Shown in pieces: positions 1 to 8,396 of a DNA stretch of 62,896 nucleotides (positions are counted from its first letter, which is position 1; the number at the start of each line of letters is the position of its first letter). The notes below the pieces were generated by a model, which saw nothing but the letters and a program-made list of their open reading frames with translations, did not search any database and was not told the DNA's origin. The stretch comes from Oligoflexales bacterium (GTDB taxonomy: Bacteria > Bdellovibrionota_B > Oligoflexia > Oligoflexales > Bog-1112). The position numbers were made by a program, and so were the translations under genes. Location of the stretch: contig JBGCDR010000138.1 in the NCBI GenBank assembly GCA_045105515.1, forward strand, positions 1 through 62,896, written 5' to 3'.

Positions 1-1
1 T

Positions 2-1225
2 TTTTTTCAAGCACAAATTTGTTTTGAATTCTGGACGGCAAGATTATTTTTGCATTTTCTTATTGAATTCAAGCAACCTAAAAATAATCGGGCAATACTT
101 AATTTAAAAACCCTTAAAATTACAACGATAAATCCCGCCAATCAGTTATTGAAATTCCTATACATTAAAGATTACGCAAAGTATATTAACTCGGATCTCT
201 ATAAACTTCAGAAACATCTTCGTGATATTGAAAATTTTGATGGATTTTTCGAAAAGATAGTAACTCTTGATCAATTAAATCAAGACACCCTCCGAATCGA
301 GCTACTGGGAAGTTCAAATCTTAGCCCCAGGGTAAATAAAAAATTAACCTCGCAGCTGTTAGCAATGTTAAAAGAATTCCGAGAAATACAAAATCTTGGT
401 TTAAAAGAGAATATCAATTTACCTTCCGCTTTAAAAGTACAAATGAAATATGATTTCTTAAACTACGCAGTTAGCGAATATGGATATAAAAACGAAAAAT
501 TAGAAGAAATAAGTAATCGGAGAAAGTTTTCAATCCTGTCAATTTTCATAAAAGACAATAAAAATCTGCTATCTGCAGAGGCCATCAATGAAATTTACAA
601 TGAATTTGTAAACGACAAGGAATTAGGACGTTTTAATGGTCCGCTAGAAGAAACAGCTTTTGGTGAATTTATCAAGGAAAATGTGGAAAGTTTAAAGTTT
701 GAAAACTCTAAACTATATTTGTATCAAAATCATATTAAAAATATAAATTTGGACGATGTTTACCGAGCGCTCGAAGGATTCAGCAAATACAAGCAACTTT
801 CTGGTGAATTTAAAAATGATTTGGCTAAAAAGCTTGGACCTGAAACTGATGAATTTTCCAACAAGATTCTTAATATTGCGGGCTATGAATATAATCCAGA
901 AAAAATAAGCCTTAGTGCTCGCGGTATATACTCGGAAGTGAAAGCACAGCATGAAACTTCAAAGAACAGACCGTTTGATATTGGCAAGAATCCATTTGAC
1001 GTTGAATTTTTTAAACCAACCCTCGAATTCTTTGTCAACTTGAAAAATCTCGTTGTAGAAATAAGTTCGGTTCAAGAATCGGCATATAAAACTAAAATTC
1101 GACTGAGCAATCAAAAATCCTGCCCGCAAATACTTGATACCAGCTCTTCTATCGAATCAATTTTTATGAAACTAAGGGAAAATAAGATATTTATTGATTT
1201 TCTTGCCGAACTGAAACTCGATTGA
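2..1225 (+). CDS. Hypothetical protein, probably 5'-partial
   Basis: The ORF-track frame (50..1225) stays open back to base 2; K/E/N/I-rich, no recognisable motif. Confidence 0.6.
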   Translation, partial: FFQAQICFEFWTARLFLHFLIEFKQPKNNRAILNLKTLKITTINPANQLLKFLYIKDYAKYINSDLYKLQKHLRDIENFDGFFEKIVTLDQLNQDTLRIELLGSSNLSPRVNKKLTSQLLAMLKEFREIQNLGLKENINLPSALKVQMKYDFLNYAVSEYGYKNEKLEEISNRRKFSILSIFIKDNKNLLSAEAINEIYNEFVNDKELGRFNGPLEETAFGEFIKENVESLKFENSKLYLYQNHIKNINLDDVYRALEGFSKYKQLSGEFKNDLAKKLGPETDEFSNKILNIAGYEYNPEKISLSARGIYSEVKAQHETSKNRPFDIGKNPFDVEFFKPTLEFFVNLKNLVVEISSVQESAYKTKIRLSNQKSCPQILDTSSSIESIFMKLRENKIFIDFLAELKLD

Positions 1226-1705
1226 GAATTTTATTTGAACCTCTTTTGAATTGATCGACAAGAAACGACAAGAAACTGAGTTTCTTTGGAAGAAAAAACC
1301 CTCTGGATAGAATATGCACCATGTAGGTTTTAAAAATCATGTTAAAATCAAAATACTGTAGATATACCTTTTTATCGCCATGCTTTTAAGAAAGCTTTCT
1401 TTCTCCTTTTTTTCCGCCGCACTAGTATTGGAGCGAGATATTTTTTAATTGCATCTCGATCCTCATAAAAAGTAGCACAAGGAAGAAGTCGAAATATTGG
1501 TACAACGAGAGAACTATTAATGACAAACCAGTTAAGGAAAGTTTTGTTGTCCATTGACTAAATAGAGCTAATATCTCTGATTTTGCCTCGATGTCATAGA
1601 TAAATATAGGTAGTTTTATGTATCTATTAAGCTGGCAACGATTTGAACTACAATTTGAACAGGAAGAAATTCTTCCAAAAAACTATAAAGGCTGGGTATA
1701 AAAAT

Positions 1706-2178
1706 ATGAAGGGACTAAAAGATACCCCTGAGGACTTCGAAATAAATAAAAAAGCTGCCCAAGATCTGCTGGTAGAATTAGGTGAGGTCGAGGCTTTACA
1801 AACTGCGTTTTAATAATAGAAGATGACAAAGTTGCCTCTAAGTTGTTAGAAAAACTCGTTACAAAAATGAAATATAGAGTGCGTACCTATGAAGACCCCA
1901 TCCTAGGACTTGCAGATGCAAAAAATTATATAGTTGAACTTCTATTTTTAGATATTAAATTGCCAAATATGAATGGCTTGGATTTCCTAAAAGCTCTTAG
2001 AAAGATTCAGGAAAATCCTGATTTTCCTGTGGTAGTTATGACAGGATACACTCAAAAAGAGATGGTGCAAGAAATAATGAAACATAATATTAACGGATTG
2101 TTAGCAAAACCAGTAGACTTGAAAAGAGCGATTAGCTATCTCAAAACTCTTGGCGGAAATGCACTAAATAACTCTTAG
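1706..2178 (+). pseudogene. Response regulator receiver protein, split by a probable 1-nt frameshift near 1800
   Basis: The receiver N-terminus (CVLIIEDDK) lies in frame upstream of the called TTG at 1843 with no start codon; FLDIKLP, MTG and KP motifs are present. The ATG-1706 ORF joins it if one A is added at caaac (~1800). Confidence 0.6.
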
Positions 2179-2349
2179 TTAAGCAAATAATAGAACATTT
2201 TTTCAACTAAAGACAATAACAATATTCAATTTGAGATTTTTTTATGAATGTGAGCAGTGAAGAAAACAAAGAGAAGCCAGATAAATTTTATCAGACTTTC
2301 GCATGAATAAATACAAGAAAATCAACACATTTAGCCTCAACAGATCCCG

Positions 2350-2559
2350 ATGGGACTTTTTGCTTTATCCAAAAATGCTGTAAATATTTGGTCTCTCAAA
2401 TCTGATCTTGCTGCGATGGGACCAACGGAAAAATTTCGAGTTCTACTATTAGGAGCTAGTTTTGACACTCGGTTTTATCGATTTAAAGAAATGGTTCCTA
2501 ACAATGTCCAGCTTGTGGAGGTATGCTACCTTATCCAGTATCAATACAATTTACCTTAA
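2350..2559 (+). pseudogene. Fragment of an LCM-type class I SAM methyltransferase
   Basis: VLLLGASFDTRFYRF resembles the LGAGxDTRxYR motif; only 69 aa. Confidence 0.5.
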
Positions 2560-2869
2560 AAAAAGTAAATTTTTAGTTCCATCTCTGTAAGTTTTAAGGA
2601 GAAATCAGCATGGAAATCCGAAATAAATTCTAATCCAACCAATAAGAAGTAACACCTTCACAAAAACTTCATTAGCAATAGCAAAAAAGTAATAAAGAGA
2701 CCTGGAAATACATGTTTTTTTGAGCCTTCTACCAAATTCCTTTTTAAATTTTAAAGCAGAAAAGTACTTACATCCTTCCATCAACTTTTACTTTTTTAAT
2801 CTGGAAACTACCTCCTAAATCTTATATAAGTTTTCATTCTTTTTTAACCTCCTTGATAAGGTAGTTTCG

Positions 2870-3403
2870 ATGCAAATCATAAAATCCATTGTTGTATTAG
2901 TTTTCCTAACTTTTTCTTTAAGCCCTAAGCTATATAGCGTTGACTGTTTAAGCTTTTTATCATGTACAGCCGGGACTTGTACCTGCGCTAGCGTAGTTCC
3001 ACAAGTTGTTGAAAATTGCCGTAAACAAAGTACCGAAGGTTTAGCCCTAAATCAAAGCGCTGCTGATGCAGCCGGTAATCTAGCATTAATATCGGTCATA
3101 CTTGCATCTCCTGTATCTGCACATGCTGCAATTGCTCCCTGTATTTCAGTTGCAGGCGATGCTGTCGTTCTTGCTCAAGCTTGGAAATATGATGAAAGAT
3201 GTTTTTGGCATGAATGGACCGAGCATTCCGAATATTTTGTTTATAAGTGCAATAGTTGCAGAGGATATGATCAAATTCTCAACAATAATGCTCCTACCAA
3301 TCAGGAAATAGAAAGACTGATTAAGCCATTAGAAAGACTGCCAGAAACAGAAAGTGATGATTCTGAAATTAGCGAAGATAGTTTGCATGCGACTCAACTC
3401 TAA
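2870..3403 (+). CDS. Secreted Cys-rich hypothetical protein
   Basis: Sec-type signal peptide, many Cys, acidic C-terminal tail. Confidence 0.7.
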   Translation: MQIIKSIVVLVFLTFSLSPKLYSVDCLSFLSCTAGTCTCASVVPQVVENCRKQSTEGLALNQSAADAAGNLALISVILASPVSAHAAIAPCISVAGDAVVLAQAWKYDERCFWHEWTEHSEYFVYKCNSCRGYDQILNNNAPTNQEIERLIKPLERLPETESDDSEISEDSLHATQL

Positions 3404-3472
3404 ACTTAAATTCCTCTTAGAACTAACCGATTGTACTTTAACTACCTAAAGATTTAATGAGGTTAAAGTTCA

Positions 3473-4525
3473 ATGAAACTAAAAAAAACCCTTAGTATCA
3501 CTATAATTTTATGCCTTTATATGATAACAATCATTGCTTGTGATGAAGACTTTAACAAGAAAGAAGATGAAGATAGCACCAGCAGCAATGGCGATAGCGA
3601 TAGCGACAGCGGTGATAATAGCTCAAGTACCGACTCCGATAATGATCCCATTAATAATGATCCCAACAATGAACAATTCACTCCAAACCAGGCAAACTGG
3701 GAAACATTTTCCTCAAAGCCATTTGTAAGTGATACAAACACAGCCCATGACCCCGATGGAGTCGGTTGGATAAGTGCGGAGGCTTGGGATGAATCTAAGT
3801 GGGATGGAACTGTCTACAATCCATCCCAAATGACAAAGAGCGATTTTGCTGCAGCCATATGCCCAAGCGTAGACCGAGTCAGAGGAATTAGGGAAGTTTT
3901 TTATGAGAACAATCCTTTTGCAGATAATTCTAATCCCACGAAGGCAGAAGTAGACGATTGGCATAGAATAGCAATCAATCACATTCGTGCTCTCATTGGA
4001 TACACTACTGAAGATCGTAAAGTCCAAAAAGACCATTGCATGTTTGCTCGAGCATTGTGGGGTGACGAGCGAAAATTCTCAACAGTTTGGGATACCAAGT
4101 ACACAGGGACATTAGGATCTGCTGCTGGTCCTTGCGTTGGCTCTGACAATGCACATTGCGGAGCAAGTTTTATTCTTGACCTTGCGGACCAAGCTCCGTA
4201 TCTGCCTAATGATCATCCAGGCTGCTCTACCCAGCAAGGCTCTGAAGGGGTCTTTAGTGGGCCGAAATCGAATATTCCTTGGTCATTAAAATGGTCTCGA
4301 GGACTTTGCAACACACTTATGGCTGAAGGCTTTTGGGGTGGTCATGTGGGTCCATGGTTCCACAGAGAAAAATTCGGCTTTAGTTTTTGGGACTCAGATC
4401 CAGATAATAATAATAATAATGCAATCCTACGCGCCAAGTGGACTGGAAATTTGATGCCGAACCTCTACTGCAATCCTTCTGATTCAGATTGTGACCCGAA
4501 CAACATAGGTACAGATAGTGAATAG
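3473..4525 (+). CDS. Lipoprotein with an acidic D/S/N linker and a Cys/Trp-rich domain (possibly divergent CAP-like)
   Basis: Lipobox IIAC; low-complexity linker; AINHIRALIG and GGHVGPW motifs; gaggt RBS. Confidence 0.75.
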   Translation: MKLKKTLSITIILCLYMITIIACDEDFNKKEDEDSTSSNGDSDSDSGDNSSSTDSDNDPINNDPNNEQFTPNQANWETFSSKPFVSDTNTAHDPDGVGWISAEAWDESKWDGTVYNPSQMTKSDFAAAICPSVDRVRGIREVFYENNPFADNSNPTKAEVDDWHRIAINHIRALIGYTTEDRKVQKDHCMFARALWGDERKFSTVWDTKYTGTLGSAAGPCVGSDNAHCGASFILDLADQAPYLPNDHPGCSTQQGSEGVFSGPKSNIPWSLKWSRGLCNTLMAEGFWGGHVGPWFHREKFGFSFWDSDPDNNNNNAILRAKWTGNLMPNLYCNPSDSDCDPNNIGTDSE

Positions 4526-4580
4526 TAATTAGGAGTGCTATAAAAACTTTTAACCAATAAGATTTTATACAGGGTAACGA

Positions 4581-5237
4581 ATGTCTACAAAACTAAATAG
4601 GATGCAAACTGAAGAAAAATATGGGCCAGAAGAGCAATCAGTTTTTAATGAATACAGAAATACATTCCAAACTCCCGAATGTTCCTCATTATTTTTAGCA
4701 CCAGGGGTTAAAAATAATGAAATTATTCAATCTGCATGGCTTATGACCAAAAGTGTAACCAAGGAAGGTTCATTCACGCCAACCTTGATTCAAATGATAC
4801 TTTTTGCTACCTCAGTATTCGGAGGAAATAGTTATTGTACAAACCTTCATGCAAATGCAGCTATAGCAACGGGGTCCAATATTGAACCAAAAACCTTAAT
4901 AGATCTCATTCATGATATTGCAGTGAGTAGAAAGTCAAATTTACCGAAAAAGACACTTGAAACAATTCATATAGCAATCAAAGTTTTATTTCAAGATGAG
5001 CAGATAGATCTAAAAGAAGATTTAACAAGAATAGGATACAACGAAAATGACATTGACCTTTTTACTTCGATTATCACAGCTGGAGTATTTTTTAATACAA
5101 TCTTCAAAGTGTTTGAAGTGCCAGAAGATTCTCTGAGTTCCACTCCTTTTTCAAAGGATGATTTAGATCAGATTAATTTTGCGATTCAAAACTATCAGGA
5201 TCTAAGAAATAATTCCAAATTGAGAGGCGTAGCTTAA
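4581..5237 (+). CDS. AhpD/carboxymuconolactone decarboxylase-like protein
   Basis: QMILFATSVFGGNSYCTNLHA resembles the CMD/AhpD helix-CxYC--H motif, with the first Cys lost. Confidence 0.6.
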   Translation: MSTKLNRMQTEEKYGPEEQSVFNEYRNTFQTPECSSLFLAPGVKNNEIIQSAWLMTKSVTKEGSFTPTLIQMILFATSVFGGNSYCTNLHANAAIATGSNIEPKTLIDLIHDIAVSRKSNLPKKTLETIHIAIKVLFQDEQIDLKEDLTRIGYNENDIDLFTSIITAGVFFNTIFKVFEVPEDSLSSTPFSKDDLDQINFAIQNYQDLRNNSKLRGVA

Positions 5238-5245
5238 TAAGCAAT

Positions 5246-6451
5246 ATGAATATAGACTATTATTATAGGAATTTAATCGAATATCAAGAAATATTAAATA
5301 AGCAGGAATCTATTAAAAAACTTACTAAAAGCGCTTCTAGTTTCCTAGGCACAGTTACAAAATGTCAAGGAATTTGGTTTCTGATCTATAACCCGCCAAA
5401 AATCCATGCCATTGAAATCTATCAAAATGGAAATCACGAAATTAAATTACATAGTGAGGAAAATCTGCAGAAATATTCTGTTTTAAGTGAAAGTAAATTT
5501 CTCACCTTTAATGAGGGTAGTCCGATCCTCGATTGGATAAATCCTCACAACGGATCTCGATATGCATATGCATGTTCTTCAAGCTTACTAGGATATGGAT
5601 GCAGGATTGCCTACTTTTATGATGATCTTGACAAGCAAAAATCCGACCCAGTTGTTACCCATTTTGCAAATTTTTTCCTTACGAAATTCGCATATATTTT
5701 AAAAGTCGAAAACCTTCTCGATGAAAAAGAAAAAATGACAGAAGAAATAAGATTAAGAAATCGCATTCTATGTCACGATCTCAGCAATTATATTATGAAA
5801 ATAAGGATCACATCAATTAAAGGACAAAAAGAACTTGTCCATGAAGAAAACGTTAAGATGTGGAATAAAGTAGCAAGAATTGCCAAAAACCAAGCCGAAC
5901 TCGTAAAATACGTAAGAAATTTAGAAGCTCTTTCCTCAGGAAAAAAACAATATACTCTCGAACCTGTTTGTATTAGATCTTTAATTGAAGAAGCTAGTTT
6001 TTTATTTGAAGATACATTAAAAGAAAAAGATATCGAGATTGTACATACGATGAAGCAAGAAGAAGAATATTTAGTTCTTGCAGACAAGACCTCATTAAGC
6101 AATCAAGTCATAAATAATGTTATTTCTAATGCTATCAAATTTAGTCCCAAGAATAGCAAAATCACCATCAATTTTAACCAGACTAAGCCAGGAGAAATAA
6201 AACTGAGCATTATAGATCAAGGGATTGGAATGCCAGAAAAAATTAAAAATAACTTATTCTCATTCACAGATAAAACAACTCGTTCAGGTACCATGAACGA
6301 AAAAGGAACAGGGTTTGGCATGCCTCTAGTTAAAGCTTTTATGGATTCCTTTAATGGAAAAGTTGAAGTTGAGACCAAAGAAAAAAGTGATGAAAATGAT
6401 TTAGAACATGGGACCACCTTCCACCTCTTTTTTAAGGATGGGGCAATATAA
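5246..6451 (+). CDS. Cytoplasmic sensor histidine kinase
   Basis: H-box CHDLSN, N-box NVISNAIKF, DQGIG, GTGFGM. Confidence 0.9.
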   Translation: MNIDYYYRNLIEYQEILNKQESIKKLTKSASSFLGTVTKCQGIWFLIYNPPKIHAIEIYQNGNHEIKLHSEENLQKYSVLSESKFLTFNEGSPILDWINPHNGSRYAYACSSSLLGYGCRIAYFYDDLDKQKSDPVVTHFANFFLTKFAYILKVENLLDEKEKMTEEIRLRNRILCHDLSNYIMKIRITSIKGQKELVHEENVKMWNKVARIAKNQAELVKYVRNLEALSSGKKQYTLEPVCIRSLIEEASFLFEDTLKEKDIEIVHTMKQEEEYLVLADKTSLSNQVINNVISNAIKFSPKNSKITINFNQTKPGEIKLSIIDQGIGMPEKIKNNLFSFTDKTTRSGTMNEKGTGFGMPLVKAFMDSFNGKVEVETKEKSDENDLEHGTTFHLFFKDGAI

Positions 6452-6654
6452 GGAATAAGATGTTTGGGCTATAAACTTGATTATTCATTAGAGTGATTGC
6501 TCGGAATTTTTTACCGGTTACCAGAATCAAAAATTGAAATAGAATAATACATAGATACTCGTCAAACTATTTTTCTCCTATGGCTTGTCGTTTGACAAGC
6601 CAACTTTAAAACATCACGGTCTAAGCTACCATTCCACATAAAAGGAGCACTATT

Positions 6655-7032
6655 GTGGGCCAAACAGTAATGATAGTCGATGACTCGAAAACGATAAGAG
6701 TACAAATTAAGCATGTGATTAAATCTCAAGGATTTGAGATTATTGAGGCAAGCAATGGTGCTGAAGCTTTGGAGCTTTATAGAACTCACCAGGATAACGT
6801 GTTCATGATGTTTCTCGATATCAACATGCCGGTTATGAATGGGTTAGAAACTTTAGAAAAATTATCTGAGGACGAATCGTTAAAAATGCCTAACGTAGTT
6901 ATTCTGACCACTGAAGACTCTGCAAGCTATGTAGAAAAAGCCAAAAACTTTGGTGCAAAGGGTTGGATCGTCAAACCTTACAACACCGACAAACTCCTCT
7001 CAGCCGTAAAGCGTTTCGCCCCAGCTGCCTAA
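6655..7032 (+). CDS. CheY-like single-domain response regulator
   Basis: IVDDS, LDINMP, LTTE, KP; aaaggag RBS before the GTG. Confidence 0.9.
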   Translation: MGQTVMIVDDSKTIRVQIKHVIKSQGFEIIEASNGAEALELYRTHQDNVFMMFLDINMPVMNGLETLEKLSEDESLKMPNVVILTTEDSASYVEKAKNFGAKGWIVKPYNTDKLLSAVKRFAPAA

Positions 7033-7037
7033 TCCCA

Positions 7038-7649
7038 TTAATAACGATATTGTGGTTTCCGGCATTTTACTACCGAAGAATCTGAAAATCCGTAAGAGTT
7101 CGGAGACTTAAATACAAGCCCCTCAACCCAAGAGCGTTTGTCTTGAAGGACAGCTAAGCAATCATTGAGATTTTTTAAAACGGTGAGAATCTCAACATGA
7201 GGAGAGATGAAATCCCTAGGAATCATCTTAAAACGATCTCGATAGCAATGAGAAACAAGGATCTTATCATCCCTTTTTAGATAGTCGAAAACATATAGCT
7301 TTTGCTCTTTTTTCAACCATTCAACATCTAGCACCGACCAGCCTATCTGGGGTGTAAAAATTCGCCTTAATTCAACAACAATTGAAGAATCTAATTTCTT
7401 ACTGTGTATCTTGCCAGACCGCGTATAGGCAACGGGCTCGACATTAGGATCAGCATGCAAGTGAATTTGTGCACGATGGCCATGTATTTTAGTTTGTCCC
7501 CACCACCCAAGATTTAACACTTTCTCAATAGACGGGGGGTCAGGGTTAATCTCAGTCTTTGGATGAATAGGCCTAATAAAAGCTGGAAGTTGCATCTTTT
7601 TCTTTCTTTGTAACAGCGACCATCCCATACGCATATTCCCTTTCAACAA
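7038..7649 (-). CDS. Stand-alone ATP-dependent polynucleotide ligase nucleotidyltransferase domain (no OB fold)
   Basis: Motif I TKIHGHR, III LDVEW, IIIa VFDYL, IV EGLVFK, V VKCRK at the C-terminus. Confidence 0.75.
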   Translation of the reverse strand: MLKGNMRMGWSLLQRKKKMQLPAFIRPIHPKTEINPDPPSIEKVLNLGWWGQTKIHGHRAQIHLHADPNVEPVAYTRSGKIHSKKLDSSIVVELRRIFTPQIGWSVLDVEWLKKEQKLYVFDYLKRDDKILVSHCYRDRFKMIPRDFISPHVEILTVLKNLNDCLAVLQDKRSWVEGLVFKSPNSYGFSDSSVVKCRKPQYRY

Positions 7650-7709
7650 ATAAAAAAAGGGTTATATTACACGGATGGATACTTTGCTAGTTTCTCTTTA
7701 TCTCTTAGA

Positions 7710-8315
7710 CTATTTGATATAGTTTTTTATCTTCAGTTGCTTCATAAGCTCCAAAAATTCTTCAGGAGTTTTTGTGAACTGAGTGAGTTTCTCCAAAGCA
7801 CCAGGAGCTGCTTTCATGAGCATCGGCTTAAAAAGATTATCGAGAATTTCCTCCGGCAAAACTTGCAGTGCATCAACAATCTGATCATAATGCTGTTCAA
7901 GAACTTTTGGATCAAACTTAATACTAGAAAAATCCTTATTGATAAGCTCGCTTGCTGCATTTTCTCCCCATCTTCCCTCAAATTCATGAAGTTCTTCTTC
8001 TGTTAATCCTGCACTTGAATTCTGTACCACATAGTGCACCATAGATTCAGCACCGAGAACCTTAAAAGATGAAGTTTGTCCTGAAACAGCTTTCTTACTG
8101 TATTCAGCTTGGCAATAGTTTAATACTGAATCTTTATAAATGGTTGCCTCCCCTTCAAAATGCTTGGCTTGTTCTTGCTTCTCACGAAAGCTATCAATTG
8201 CCTCCATAATTTCATCAGGTGGAGATAGGGGCTCAGCTCCAGCAGTGGCTTTTGATTTTGTCTTTCTAGTTTTAAAAGGGTCAATTTTCTTCTTCTTTTC
8301 ACCAGCCATTAGCAT
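7710..8315 (-). CDS. Hypothetical protein, possibly Mu Gam-like DNA end-binding
   Basis: Basic N-tail, helical segment, then VLNYCQAE...GQTSSFKVLG...VHY; lies between ligD and the ligase gene. Confidence 0.55.
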   Translation of the reverse strand: MLMAGEKKKKIDPFKTRKTKSKATAGAEPLSPPDEIMEAIDSFREKQEQAKHFEGEATIYKDSVLNYCQAEYSKKAVSGQTSSFKVLGAESMVHYVVQNSSAGLTEEELHEFEGRWGENAASELINKDFSSIKFDPKVLEQHYDQIVDALQVLPEEILDNLFKPMLMKAAPGALEKLTQFTKTPEEFLELMKQLKIKNYIK

Positions 8316-8396
8316 ACCTTTGTTAGAATTGAAGATTCTGGGTATTCTAAAGGCTCATCGGACGAAAGTGGCAGGTTCTCGACTAACAGAAGCGTT

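Noticed and set aside
3570..3670. GATAGC/AATGAT micro-repeats
   Set aside because: They simply encode the D/S/N low-complexity linker of the lipoprotein
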